Below, piece after piece: positions 1-9,548 of a DNA stretch of 33,355 bases. The DNA lies in contig JAVEVZ010000002.1 in NCBI GenBank assembly GCA_034004805.1, forward strand, positions 1-33,355, given 5' to 3'. A program made the translations under genes and the position numbers. How positions within the stretch are numbered: position 1 is the stretch's first letter; each line of letters begins with the position of its first letter. This DNA is from Spongiibacteraceae bacterium. Lineage in GTDB: Bacteria; Pseudomonadota; Gammaproteobacteria; Pseudomonadales; CAMLJR01. Below the pieces are notes generated by a model. It was not told the origin of the DNA and made no database searches. It saw only the letters and a list, made by a program, of their open reading frames with translations.

Positions 1-404
1 CTGGTCAGCATATTCAGGGAGGGCGGACAGTCGATAATGATGTAATCGTACTCGGCGCGCTCAATTGCCAGTGCATCGCGCAGCCGGAATTCCTTGTTGT
101 CGATGTCCAGCAGCTCGACTTCGGCGGCGGTCAGATCACTGTTGGCAGGCAACAGATCATAGCCACCATTTTCGGCGCGCAGCGCAACCTCGGCGACCGG
201 CTTTCCGTGTACCAGCACGTCGTAGACGCTGGCCGCCAGATCGTTCTTGTCAATGCCGCTGCCCATGGTGGCATTGCCCTGGGGGTCCAGGTCCACCAGC
301 AGCACTTTCTTGCGGGTGGCCGCCAGCGACGCGGCGAGATTGACACAGCTGGTGGTCTTGCCCACGCCACCTTTCTGGTTGGTTACTGCCAGAATTTTCC
401 CCAC
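1..404 (-). CDS. parA: ParA/Soj chromosome-partitioning ATPase, N-terminal part (gene runs off the left edge)
   Basis: Absent from the ORF track because the window edge truncates it. The reverse complement of 404->301 reads GTG GGG AAA ATT CTG GCA GTA ACC AAC CAG AAA GGT GGC GTG GGC AAG ACC ACC... = (M)GKILAVTNQKGGVGKTTSCVNLAASLAATRKKVL, which contains the deviant Walker A of ParA/Soj. It lies directly downstream of rsmG, the canonical mnmG-rsmG-parA order. GTG start at 404. Confidence 0.9.
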   Translation of the reverse strand, partial: MGKILAVTNQKGGVGKTTSCVNLAASLAATRKKVLLVDLDPQGNATMGSGIDKNDLAASVYDVLVHGKPVAEVALRAENGGYDLLPANSDLTAAEVELLDIDNKEFRLRDALAIERAEYDYIIIDCPPSLNMLT

Positions 405-431
405 GCGTATCCCCGCTGCGCAGCCTGTCAC

Positions 432-1061
432 TCAGGCTCTCTCGATGATTACCAAGTGACGTTGACCATCACCGCCAGGCACCGCCAAGGGCTGGCAGGC
501 GACGACATTAAAGCTTTTCGGAAGGCCCCTCAACTCCTCGTCGGGGTAGCGGCCCTTCATAGCCAGCAGCCGGCCGCCGGGCGCCAGCAGGTGGTCGCAG
601 GCGCCGGCCATCACGGCCAGGGCCGCGAAGGCGCGGCTGGTGATCAGCGCAAAACCTTCGCCGGGCGCCCGGTACTGCTCGACGCGGGCCTGTACCACGG
701 CGAGGTTGGACAGGCTCAGCTCACGCCGCACCTGGTCCATAAAACGGGTTTTCTTGCCGTTGCTGTCCAGCACGGTCACCGGCCGCTCGGGTTCGGCAAT
801 CGCCAGCGGAATGCCCGGCAGGCCGGCGCCACTGCCGACATCCAGCAGCGCCCCGGGGGTGAGCCAGGGCCGCAGCGCCAGGCTGTCCAGCAGGTGGCGG
901 CTGACCATCTCCGCGGGGTCGCGCACCGCGGTGAGGTTGTAGTGCCGGTTCCATTTGTCGAGCAGCGCGACATAGGCCAGCAGCCGGGCCTGGACCGGCT
1001 CCGCCACGGCCTGGTCCAGGGCTGCCAGGCCCGCCCGCAGGCGCTGTTGCAGCTCAGGCAA
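432..1061 (-). CDS. rsmG: 16S rRNA (guanine527-N7)-methyltransferase RsmG (GidB)
   Basis: 209-aa ORF. Motifs: [24 protein letters not shown] and the SAM-binding [17 protein letters not shown], colinear with E. coli RsmG. TTG start at 1061 overlaps the mnmG stop by 8 nt (TTGCCTGA). Confidence 0.93.
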   Translation of the reverse strand: MPELQQRLRAGLAALDQAVAEPVQARLLAYVALLDKWNRHYNLTAVRDPAEMVSRHLLDSLALRPWLTPGALLDVGSGAGLPGIPLAIAEPERPVTVLDSNGKKTRFMDQVRRELSLSNLAVVQARVEQYRAPGEGFALITSRAFAALAVMAGACDHLLAPGGRLLAMKGRYPDEELRGLPKSFNVVACQPLAVPGGDGQRHLVIIERA

Positions 1062-2940
1062 TGCGACGGTCCAGCGCGCCGCGCTTTTTCAGGTGGATCA
1101 GCAGCAGCGAGATCGCCGCCGGCGTAACGCCCGGCACCCGCGCCGCACGGCCCAGGGTGTCGGGGCGGGCCGCCTCCAGCTTCTGGCGCACCTCGATGGA
1201 CAGGCCCGCCACCTGGGCGTAGTCCAGGTCCGCCGGCAGCGCGGTGGTCTCGTGGCGGCGCAGGCGCGCGATCTCCTCTGCCTGGCGGTCGATATAGCCG
1301 GCGTACTTCACGCGGATCTCGACCTGCTCGGCAACCTCGCTGTCATCCAGCGCCTCGCCCACCAACGCCGCGACATCAGCGTAGCCGAGCTCGGGGCGCT
1401 TGAGCAGGTCCAGCAGCGAGTATTCCCGGGTCAGCGGCTGCTCCAGGCGCGGAGCGAGCGTCTGCGCAGCCTGCGAGCCCGGCTGCACCCAGCTGCTCCT
1501 GAGGCGCTGAGTCTCGCGCTCAATGGCTTCGCGCTTGGTGCAGAAGCGCGCCCAGCGCACATCGTCCACCAGCCCCAGGGCGCGCCCCTGTTCGGTCAGG
1601 CGCAGGTCGGCATTGTCCTCGCGCAGCAGCAGGCGGTACTCCGCGCGGGAGGTGAACATGCGGTAGGGCTCGCGGGTGCCCAGGGTAATCAGGTCATCCA
1701 CCAGCACCCCGAGGTAGGCCTCGTCGCGGCGCGGACACCAGGGCTCGCGGTCCAGCACCGCCAGGGCCGCGTTGGTGCCGGCCAGCAGACCCTGTGCCGC
1801 GGCCTCTTCGTAACCGGTGGTGCCGTTGATCTGGCCGGCAAAGTACAGACCCGCGAGGTGACGGGTTTCCAGCGAGGGCTTGAGGCCGCGGGGATCGAAG
1901 AAATCGTACTCGATAGCGTAGCCCGGTCGCGTCACATGCACGTTCTCGAAACCCTTGATCGAGCGCAGCATCGCCAGCTGTACATCGAAGGGCAGGCTGG
2001 TGGAGATTCCGTTGGGGTACAGCTCGTGGGTGTTCAGGCCCTCGGGCTCAATAAAAATCTGGTGCGAGGATTTGTCGGCAAAACGGTGGATCTTGTCTTC
2101 AATGGACGGGCAGTAGCGCGGCCCAACACCCTCGATAACCCCGGTGTACATCGGCGAACGGTCCAGGCCGGCGCGGATGATGTCGTGGGTATGGGCATTG
2201 GTGTGGGTCATCCAGCAGCAGACCTGGCGCGGGTGTTGTTCGGGCCGGCCCAGAAACGACATCACCGGCGTCGGCTGGTCGCCCCACTGTTCCTCGAGAC
2301 CACTGAAATCCACCGAGCGCGCATCAATGCGCGGCGGTGTGCCGGTCTTGAGCCGGTCCACTTCAAACGGCAGTTCCCGCAACCGCCTGGCCAGGGTGGT
2401 GGACGGCGGGTCCCCGGCGCGACCGCCGCTGTGCTGCTCGAGACCGATATGGATGCGCCCGCCCAGAAAAGTGCCGGTGCACAGCACCACGGTATCGCCG
2501 AGAAAGCGCAGCCCCATCTGGGTGACGGCACCCGCCACCCGCTCGCCCTCAATGATCAAGTCATCAACGGGCTGCTGAAAAAGCCACAGGCTGTTCTGGT
2601 TTTCTATCTGACGGCGGATCGCTGCCCGGTACAGCACCCGGTCGGCCTGGGCGCGGGTGGCCCGCACCGCAGGACCCTTGCGAGCGTTGAGCACCCGGAA
2701 CTGTATCCCCGCCTCGTCCGCCGCCAGCGCCATGGCACCGCCCAGCGCATCGACTTCGCGCACAAGGTGACTTTTGCCGATACCGCCGATGGCCGGGTTA
2801 CAGGACATCTGCCCCAGGGTTTCCACGTTGTGGGTCAACAGCAAGGTCGAGACACCCATACGCGCAGCCGCCAGCGCGGCCTCGGTACCGGCATGGCCGC
2901 CGCCGATTACGATAACGCCAAAGCGATTGGGGAAGTCCAC
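1054..2940 (-). CDS. mnmG: tRNA uridine-5-carboxymethylaminomethyl synthesis enzyme MnmG (GidA)
   Basis: 628-aa ORF. N-terminal FAD fold [21 protein letters not shown] and the [24 protein letters not shown] motif. Typical length. GTG start at 2940. Confidence 0.97.
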   Translation of the reverse strand: MDFPNRFGVIVIGGGHAGTEAALAAARMGVSTLLLTHNVETLGQMSCNPAIGGIGKSHLVREVDALGGAMALAADEAGIQFRVLNARKGPAVRATRAQADRVLYRAAIRRQIENQNSLWLFQQPVDDLIIEGERVAGAVTQMGLRFLGDTVVLCTGTFLGGRIHIGLEQHSGGRAGDPPSTTLARRLRELPFEVDRLKTGTPPRIDARSVDFSGLEEQWGDQPTPVMSFLGRPEQHPRQVCCWMTHTNAHTHDIIRAGLDRSPMYTGVIEGVGPRYCPSIEDKIHRFADKSSHQIFIEPEGLNTHELYPNGISTSLPFDVQLAMLRSIKGFENVHVTRPGYAIEYDFFDPRGLKPSLETRHLAGLYFAGQINGTTGYEEAAAQGLLAGTNAALAVLDREPWCPRRDEAYLGVLVDDLITLGTREPYRMFTSRAEYRLLLREDNADLRLTEQGRALGLVDDVRWARFCTKREAIERETQRLRSSWVQPGSQAAQTLAPRLEQPLTREYSLLDLLKRPELGYADVAALVGEALDDSEVAEQVEIRVKYAGYIDRQAEEIARLRRHETTALPADLDYAQVAGLSIEVRQKLEAARPDTLGRAARVPGVTPAAISLLLIHLKKRGALDRRIA

Positions 2941-3040
2941 GGACCAAACCTCTGTCAGCGGGAAAAGGGGCGGGGATTATACGGCAGCCCGGATATTGTG
3001 CAAATTTTCGACGGCCCGGGGTTAATCAGAAAACCAAGCA

Positions 3041-3302
3041 GTACTTCTTACAAGCTATACAGTAAGGACTGTTATAAATACGTTAATTAGGGCGAGGCAC
3101 GACTGTGGGCAAGTCCTTATTTGTTATTTATATCAACCACCTGCGCGATGCCAAGGGCTGAGGACAAACGCGGGACAGACCGTCCACAAGCTGCGCGCAA
3201 GCTGGGCATGGAAGCGCGACTTATCCCCGGCGCCAAACCCTGGTCAAATCACCTGTGGATAAACAAGTCTTTAACCCACACCCTGTCCACAGCAAGACCA
3301 CA
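3041..3302. other. AT-rich / DnaA-box region next to the mnmG start (E. coli-type oriC-like layout; candidate origin, relic, or DnaA-titrating site)
   Basis: AT-rich tracts at 3041-3090 and 3113-3137 (tccttatttgttatttatatc). One perfect DnaA box, TGTGGATAA, at 3254-3262. Degenerate boxes at 3104-3112 (tgtgggcaa), 3180-3188, 3221-3229 (ttatccccg), 3272-3280 (taacccaca), 3283-3291 (ctgtccaca) and 3294-3302 (aagaccaca). The last three share one orientation with exactly 2-bp gaps (11-bp period). No GATC in 2941-3308. Confidence 0.45.
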
Positions 3303-3308
3303 GCCAGG

Positions 3309-5201
3309 CTACACCTTGTTCAATACATGGTCGGGCATCCAGCGCAGTAATTTTTTGCGGAGCACAGAGAGCGTTACCGGCTTGCTGAGGTAATCATTCA
3401 TGCCGGCCCGGAAGCAGCGCTCGCGGTCCTCCACCATGGCATTTGCCGTCACTGCAATGATGGGCAGCTGAGCGTAGGCCTGTGTGCTGGCGCGGATATA
3501 GCGCGTCGTCTCCAGACCGTCCATGCCCGGCATCTGGCAGTCCATAAGCACTAAATCCACCGGCGCTTCACTGAGCGCGTGTATTGCCGCACCACCGTCG
3601 TCTGCTGTCACCACCTGAGCCCCCAGGCTGGCCAGCATATTGGCCATCACCAGCTGATTCACCGGATTGTCCTCAACCACCAGAACCGTGAGCGCTGAGA
3701 AATCCTGTGTCTCGATCTCCTCCCCCGCGCCTGTTGTACTGGTGCCGGATTCACGCCATTCACCCTGCCACCGCACGCTGAAGGTCGAACCCTGGCCAGG
3801 TGTGCTTTGCAGCGCCACTTCGGCATCCATCAACACACACAACTGTCTGACCACCGCCAGACCCAAGCCGGAGCCGCCGAAACGGCGCTCGGTGGAGCCG
3901 TCCACCTGCTGGAAGGAATCAAAAATAGTCTGTTGCTTGTCGGCAGGAATGCCGATGCCGGTATCCGTCACTGCCATTCGCAATTGCAAGCGATCCGCTT
4001 CGATACCCAGTACCTCGGCCTCCAGACTCACAGAGCCCGCCGGCGTGAACTTGAGCGCATTGCCCAGCAGGTTGATGACAATCTGTCGGAACCGCGCTTC
4101 ATCCGCCAGAATTTCCAGCGTCTGCAGCGCCGGATCAATGCACAGTTCAAATGCCAGACCTCGCCCTTCCGCATCAAAACGGAACCCGGCAAAACACTTT
4201 TCCAGCATGCCTGCCAGTGAAAACCAACGACTTTCGAGTTTGAGTTTGCCCTGCTCAATACGCGAAAAATCGAGAATATCGTTAACTACTGTCAACAGAT
4301 GATGAGTGGACTCCCTGGCTATGTCAGCGTAGGTCCGCTGCTCCGCATCGAGTCTGGTTTTCGACAACAGCTCGAGCATGCCCAGCGCCCCATTCATCGG
4401 CGTTCGCAACTCATGGCTCATGGTCGCCAGAAATTCGCTCTTAGTGTGACTGGCCCGCTCCGCGGCGCGGCGGGCGCGGTCCAATTCCACCAGCTGCGCC
4501 TCCAGTGCCTGCTGCTGTTGCTGCAAACCCTCCGCCATATGATTGATGGCCTGTTGCAACTGCCCGACTTCGCCATCGGCGTGTTTCTCAATCCGAACAT
4601 CCCGTTCACCATTGGCCATTCGCTTGGTGATTGCCGTGATCTGTGCAATCGAAACCGCCAAGCGGCGACTGATCCACACTGCAATCAGTACTGCCAGACT
4701 GAAAATCACACCGGCGATCACCGTGCTGACCGCAATAACCCAGGAGCGGCGCTGCTGCAGATAGTCACGGGACATTCTCAAGGCAATATGACCCAGTATC
4801 TGCTGCGTGTCAGCCGGGCCGATCAGACTGAAGGGCTGGCGCACCACGGGAAGCTCAACCACATCGAAACTGTCGCCCGGCCGCACTGCGCCGACGCTGG
4901 CAATGACTGCGCGATCGGGATCCTGTATCTGTGCGGATACCACGCCGTCCTGCAGAACCACCGTGGTGAGCAGTCTCTGCAACGTTTCCCTGTCACCAAT
5001 GGCCAGTGCAAATTCCGCACTCAGTGCGAGTTGCTGTGCCAACAGCTCGCTGCGCTTCTGGTGCATAACCACCATATCTTCCAGCCGCGCATAAAGAAGG
5101 TAGCTCAGCAGTGCGGCGAACAGCAGCACGCAGGGCAACAGTGCAATCATCAGACATTGTCGCAGGATACTGCCGTGCAACAGGCGCTGTGCGGTAATCA
5201 T
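3309..5201 (-). CDS. Hybrid sensor histidine kinase / response regulator (periplasmic sensor, HAMP, HisKA, HATPase_c, REC; no HPt)
   Basis: 630-aa ORF. Two hydrophobic segments ([22 protein letters not shown] and [23 protein letters not shown]) flank a roughly 125-aa extracytoplasmic region. H-box [18 protein letters not shown]-binding boxes [28 protein letters not shown]-terminal receiver [11 protein letters not shown]...[13 protein letters not shown]...SKP. The ATG at 5201 overlaps the upstream stop (ATGA). Confidence 0.9.
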   Translation of the reverse strand: MITAQRLLHGSILRQCLMIALLPCVLLFAALLSYLLYARLEDMVVMHQKRSELLAQQLALSAEFALAIGDRETLQRLLTTVVLQDGVVSAQIQDPDRAVIASVGAVRPGDSFDVVELPVVRQPFSLIGPADTQQILGHIALRMSRDYLQQRRSWVIAVSTVIAGVIFSLAVLIAVWISRRLAVSIAQITAITKRMANGERDVRIEKHADGEVGQLQQAINHMAEGLQQQQQALEAQLVELDRARRAAERASHTKSEFLATMSHELRTPMNGALGMLELLSKTRLDAEQRTYADIARESTHHLLTVVNDILDFSRIEQGKLKLESRWFSLAGMLEKCFAGFRFDAEGRGLAFELCIDPALQTLEILADEARFRQIVINLLGNALKFTPAGSVSLEAEVLGIEADRLQLRMAVTDTGIGIPADKQQTIFDSFQQVDGSTERRFGGSGLGLAVVRQLCVLMDAEVALQSTPGQGSTFSVRWQGEWRESGTSTTGAGEEIETQDFSALTVLVVEDNPVNQLVMANMLASLGAQVVTADDGGAAIHALSEAPVDLVLMDCQMPGMDGLETTRYIRASTQAYAQLPIIAVTANAMVEDRERCFRAGMNDYLSKPVTLSVLRKKLLRWMPDHVLNKV

Positions 5202-6046
5202 GGGGAGTTCTCCAGCACGGCCCGCAACTGGCGAGCCAATTCGGCATCCGGCGCAGGATTCAGGCCCAGCGAACGCGCTACGGGGCGATTGACAGCAACT
5301 TGAAACAGACGTGGATACTGTGTGCGCGGCAGTGGATCCTGGTCCTGCAGCGCATTCACCATATCGATCAACTGATCGAGGTACTGACCAAACCGGGTAT
5401 AACAGGAGGCAATGGCACCGGCGGCTACATAATTCTCGTCCGGACCAATGACCGCCTTTCGCTGGCGATAGGCTGTCAGCAACAGGGCGTGGGCAACGGA
5501 TGGCTGATAAAAACGCGGTTGGTGCGGGATTAACAGAACATCGTAGGACAACATTGCGTTACTGAGCGCCTGCTGCCAATGGGCGCCCGTTTCGAGAACA
5601 ATGCGGCTTACAGAGTCATCGGTCTGTTCAATCTGCGTGGTGACAATTGCGAGGTTTTCAGCTCTTGGGAAAAGTAATCCCACCAACGCAATCTGACGGT
5701 TGAGTGGCTGATCCAGCAGCAAGGCGTAACTGTTGTCGATTGCAGGCTGCCCACGAAGGGCATCGACACTGACATGAAACAGCAATACATGCCGGTAATG
5801 ATGCTGATAGCGGCTCGCCCATGCCAGATGTTGATCGCCCATGGCTATCAACCATTGAGATTGCTGGTTCGGCTCGTCATTTACATCGAGCAATTGCAGA
5901 TGGACATCGGCCTGCAGCTGGGAAGACATAAACTGCTTGATGTAGATACGTTGTGCAGGATCAACCAGCAGGTCAATCACCTGGGCACAGCTGGCGTCCG
6001 GCAGCCAGGCCGTAGCGATCAGCATGTACCAGATCAGGCGTTTCAA
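5198..6046 (-). CDS. Periplasmic solute-binding-like protein (ABC_sub_bind-type fold) with no cognate ABC permease or ATPase
   Basis: 282-aa ORF with a signal peptide ([23 protein letters not shown]). The C-terminal part ([28 protein letters not shown] ... [27 protein letters not shown]) matches my recollection of the conserved end of the 'ABC transporter substrate binding protein' family that is often adjacent to sensor kinases and GGDEF proteins. Translationally coupled to the kinase. Confidence 0.65.
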   Translation of the reverse strand: MKRLIWYMLIATAWLPDASCAQVIDLLVDPAQRIYIKQFMSSQLQADVHLQLLDVNDEPNQQSQWLIAMGDQHLAWASRYQHHYRHVLLFHVSVDALRGQPAIDNSYALLLDQPLNRQIALVGLLFPRAENLAIVTTQIEQTDDSVSRIVLETGAHWQQALSNAMLSYDVLLIPHQPRFYQPSVAHALLLTAYRQRKAVIGPDENYVAAGAIASCYTRFGQYLDQLIDMVNALQDQDPLPRTQYPRLFQVAVNRPVARSLGLNPAPDAELARQLRAVLENSP

Positions 6047-6091
6047 TCCCTGTAATCCTTTCGCATTATTCCAAGCACTTTGCGTCGTGGT

Positions 6092-8032
6092 TCAGAAGCT
6101 GGTTTCCAGCGTGACATAGAACCGGGTGTCCTGTTTGTAGCGGTTGTCCTTGAATATATCGCCGTCGGTATCGTGGCGATGCTGTACGGTTGCAGCAAGC
6201 TGCCAGGCCCATGCCTGCCAATGCCAGTCCCGGGCCAGGCGAAGATCAATACGGCTGAAGGTATTGGTGTTGATGGGCTTGCTGTAGTAATGCGCGAGGC
6301 TGACGCGCCAGCGGGGCGAGAACTGATAGTCCATCAGCGCACTGTGCGAGTGATTGGGTGTAAAGTTCTTTTCCCGATTGGCCGAGGTCTCGCTGTCGAT
6401 AGTGGCGTAGGTCGCGCGCAATCGCAGCCTGGGGTTTAGCTGCCAGTTGGCTTCAATTTCGTAGCCGCGTTGAGTGAGGCTATTGCTGTTTTCAACATCG
6501 AATGCCAGCAGGGCAAGGTTTTCACTGATCAGTTCGCTGTAACTGTCGTGAAAAATTTTAACATCGAGCTCCAGGCCCAGGCTTTGCCAATGGCCGTAAT
6601 AGCCCACTTCCCGGCCTATGACTTCCTCGTTCTTGAGGTCAGGATTGCCTTGTGCTGTCACAATAAACTGTCCGCTGGTCTGACCGCCAGGCTGCGGGCG
6701 TAAATTGCGTGCGGTGTAAGTCCAGTTTGCGTGGGTTTCAAAAATATCGGGGGCGCGAATGGCCTTTGAAAATACAAAGCGCAAACTGTGGGTTGGTGCG
6801 ATCAGGTAATTCAATGCAATACGCGGTGAAAAATTCTTGCCAACAGTCTGTTCGTATTCCTGGGTACCACCGAGGGTCGCGCTCAGCGCTTCAGTAATTG
6901 CAGCACGCATGGTGACAAATAACTGGTAGGCGTTGCGCTGCACCTGGCCGCCGTAATACGTGTCGGACTCTATCAATCTGCGATCAAGGTTGACGCCGTA
7001 CACAAGCTGCCAGCCGTTATCAAAAAACCACTGGTCCTGAAGCTCTAAATCGATGCTTTTGCTGTCGACATCCTCATTGACATCGCCGCATACCAGGGGG
7101 GTGGCACTGACAATGCCAAGCAGGGAGGGCGCCAGGCAGGATACCCAGTCGGTCTCCTCCTCCTGTCCTTGAAGGTTCAGTTGCGCGGTGACACGGCGAT
7201 TGGCTGAAACATGGCTCTCCAACCTGCTGGTAATGAAATAATCGTTGATGGTCTTTTTCGGCGCGTTGACCATGGTTTCGTCAAACAGGTCCTCGGTCAC
7301 CTCACCCTGTTTGGCGCCGCCCTGCAGAGAAAAGGTGCTTGCAACGGTCTGACGCTGATAGTGAAACTGCAGAAATTCCAGATTTTTACTGTCGCGCCGA
7401 TCCGCGCCGTCTTCGGTGACATCAAACCCGTGATCCCGGCGCGCGCTGGCGCTGATTCGCAGAAATCCGTCACCCAGGGGCTGCGAGGTGCTCGCATAAT
7501 AGTCCTCCACACCGCCGTTGCCGCCGCGGGCCGATAAACGGTAGCGTGCGCTGTCGACGGGTGCCCGGGTGATGATATTGATCACGCCCAGAAACGCGTT
7601 GGCACCGTAGGCAGCAGTGTCCGCGCCGCGGACAACTTCAATGCGTTCAATGTCCTGTATCGCCAGCGGCAGGTCGGTCCAGTCGATGGTGGCGAGCCCC
7701 GGCTGATAGACGGAGCGGCCATCCACCAGCACCTGCATACGTCGGGAATCGCGGTAGTTGGTGCCGTGGTAGGCGACGGCATAGTTCCAGCCGTCGCGGG
7801 CGCCCACCGACATGCCCGGCACCAGTCGAAACAACTCCGGCAACTCGCGGATCCCGCTGGCGACGATCAGCTCGCTGTCCAGTACGGTGACGCTGGCAGG
7901 TACCTGGGTGCGCGGCAGATGCAGGCGTGCGGGAGTGAGGATATTTGGCAGGCTGGGGTTCACTTCACTGCTCACCGCCAGGCTGCAGCAGGTGGCGAGG
8001 GTCAGTATCACGGGGGTGATCGCGCGCTTCAT
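6092..8032 (-). CDS. TonB-dependent outer-membrane receptor (about 65 kDa class)
   Basis: 646-aa ORF. Signal peptide MKRAITPVILTLATCCSLAVS. Plug motifs (LVPGMSV, QVLVDGRSVY, IERIEVVRGADTAAYGANAFLGVINIITR). Long beta-barrel region. C-terminal aromatic residue (...YVTLETSF). Confidence 0.9.
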   Translation of the reverse strand: MKRAITPVILTLATCCSLAVSSEVNPSLPNILTPARLHLPRTQVPASVTVLDSELIVASGIRELPELFRLVPGMSVGARDGWNYAVAYHGTNYRDSRRMQVLVDGRSVYQPGLATIDWTDLPLAIQDIERIEVVRGADTAAYGANAFLGVINIITRAPVDSARYRLSARGGNGGVEDYYASTSQPLGDGFLRISASARRDHGFDVTEDGADRRDSKNLEFLQFHYQRQTVASTFSLQGGAKQGEVTEDLFDETMVNAPKKTINDYFITSRLESHVSANRRVTAQLNLQGQEEETDWVSCLAPSLLGIVSATPLVCGDVNEDVDSKSIDLELQDQWFFDNGWQLVYGVNLDRRLIESDTYYGGQVQRNAYQLFVTMRAAITEALSATLGGTQEYEQTVGKNFSPRIALNYLIAPTHSLRFVFSKAIRAPDIFETHANWTYTARNLRPQPGGQTSGQFIVTAQGNPDLKNEEVIGREVGYYGHWQSLGLELDVKIFHDSYSELISENLALLAFDVENSNSLTQRGYEIEANWQLNPRLRLRATYATIDSETSANREKNFTPNHSHSALMDYQFSPRWRVSLAHYYSKPINTNTFSRIDLRLARDWHWQAWAWQLAATVQHRHDTDGDIFKDNRYKQDTRFYVTLETSF

Positions 8033-8180
8033 GCTCTGGTTGGCCGCAGTGCTTGCCCGTCAGGCGAGGTGTCAGGGGACAGTCGTCCCGGATGGCTCGC
8101 TACGATAAACAGCGAGGCAGCTTCCCACAAGGCCAGGTTAGCGACGCTGGGCTTTGGGGAGAGGATTTATAGCGCAGGGC

Positions 8181-9545
8181 CTATTTTCCGATACAGAAAC
8201 TCGAAAAAATCTCCCCCAGTAAATCGTCTGATGAAAAACGGCCGGTGATCTCGTCCAGGGCCAGTTGCGCGTAGCGCAGTTCCTCGGCCACCAGTTCGCC
8301 CGCGTGGTGGGTAAGCAGTTGGCTTTGGGCCTGCGCCAGGCTCCGATCGGCGCGGGCCAGCGCGTCGAGGTGCCGCCGGCGGGCACTGAAGCTGCCGGCG
8401 CTGGCATCCTCAAAGCCTACGACCGCCTTGAGATGCGCTTTCAGGGCATCAATCCCGTGACCGTCCCGGGCCGATACCCTGGCCACCGTCTGGCCGTCGC
8501 AGACACTGATGCCCGGTGGCTGGCCCGACAGATCGCACTTGTTGTGGATAACGAGGATATCAGTATCCCGCGACGGGCGTCGGGCGTCGGGCCACAACTG
8601 CTCCGGATCGGTGAGCGTGGTCTGGTGGCTGTCCACCACCAGCAGGATCAGATCGGCCTGGTCCAGTTGTTCCCAGGCGCGCTGCACGCCGATTTTTTCC
8701 ACCGTATCGTCCGTGTCGCGCAGCCCCGCGGTGTCGATGATATGCACCGGGAGGCCGTCGAGCTGGATCCATTCCCGGAGCACATCGCGGGTGGTGCCCG
8801 GGACGTCGGTCACAATGGCCCGCTCGCCGCCGGCCAGAGCGTTCAGTAGGCTTGACTTGCCGGCGTTGGGTTTGCCGGCGATCACCAGGGTGATGCCTTC
8901 CCGCAACAGGCTGCCCTGGCGCGCGCGAGCCTGGGTGGCCTGCAGTTGCCGGCGCAGGCTGTCGAGTTCGCTGGCGACCCGTCCGTCGCTGAGGAAATCG
9001 ATCTCTTCGTCGGGAAAATCGATGGCCGCTTCCACGTAGGTGCGCAGGCCGATGACCTGATCCACCAGCGCCTGCACATGGGCGCTGAAATCTCCCTGCA
9101 GGGAGCGCATGGCACTGCGCGCGGCCTGCTCGGACGCGCTGTCGATAAGGTCGGCAATGGCCTCGGCCTGGGCTAGATCAAGTTTGTCATTGAGATAGGC
9201 GCGCTCGGAGAACTCCCCCGGCCGGGCCAGGCGTGCGCCAAGTGCCAGACAGTTGCGCAGCAGAAGGTCCAGCACTACAGGCCCACCGTGGGCCTGCAGC
9301 TCGAAGACATCTTCGCCGGTAAAGGAATGCGGCGCCGGGAACCACAGGGCAATGCCTCTATCGATCAGCTCGCCTTCAGCGGACGAAAAGCTGCCGTAAT
9401 GCGCATGGCGGGGTCGTGGCGTACGGCCCAGCACGCGCTGGCCGATGGCGAGAGCCAGGGGGCCGGAGATTCGCACAATGCCCACGCCGCCCCGGCCGGG
9501 GGGCGTGGCAATCGCGGCGATGGTATCCGAGGTGCTGTGAGCCAT
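8181..9545 (-). CDS. mnmE: tRNA modification GTPase MnmE (TrmE)
   Basis: 454-aa ORF. N-terminal [23 protein letters not shown] domain [14 protein letters not shown] / DTAGLR / NKCD, and the C-terminal tail ending in CIGK that is diagnostic of MnmE. Confidence 0.97.
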   Translation of the reverse strand: MAHSTSDTIAAIATPPGRGGVGIVRISGPLALAIGQRVLGRTPRPRHAHYGSFSSAEGELIDRGIALWFPAPHSFTGEDVFELQAHGGPVVLDLLLRNCLALGARLARPGEFSERAYLNDKLDLAQAEAIADLIDSASEQAARSAMRSLQGDFSAHVQALVDQVIGLRTYVEAAIDFPDEEIDFLSDGRVASELDSLRRQLQATQARARQGSLLREGITLVIAGKPNAGKSSLLNALAGGERAIVTDVPGTTRDVLREWIQLDGLPVHIIDTAGLRDTDDTVEKIGVQRAWEQLDQADLILLVVDSHQTTLTDPEQLWPDARRPSRDTDILVIHNKCDLSGQPPGISVCDGQTVARVSARDGHGIDALKAHLKAVVGFEDASAGSFSARRRHLDALARADRSLAQAQSQLLTHHAGELVAEELRYAQLALDEITGRFSSDDLLGEIFSSFCIGK

Positions 9546-9548
9546 GGC

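Noticed and set aside
1093-3090. 665-aa plus-strand ORF covering the whole mnmG region. Similar cases: 207-1127 (+), opposite rsmG and the end of mnmG; 8265-8849 (+) opposite mnmE; 10599-11345 (+) opposite yidC; 12776-13663 (-) opposite dnaA.
   Set aside because: Each lies antisense to a gene with unmistakable conserved motifs. The translations are Arg/Ala/Gly/Pro-rich and low in complexity, with no recognisable domains. They are the usual stop-codon-poor antisense frames of high-GC DNA.
8033-8180. Possible cobalamin (or other) riboswitch in the leader of the BtuB-sized TonB-dependent receptor.
   Set aside because: I reverse-complemented the 148-nt leader and found only short hairpins (ctcgct-N9-agcgag; gggac-N4-gtccc). 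There is no B12-box-like element, and the leader is too short for a cobalamin aptamer plus expression platform. A covariance-model scan (Rfam) would settle it.
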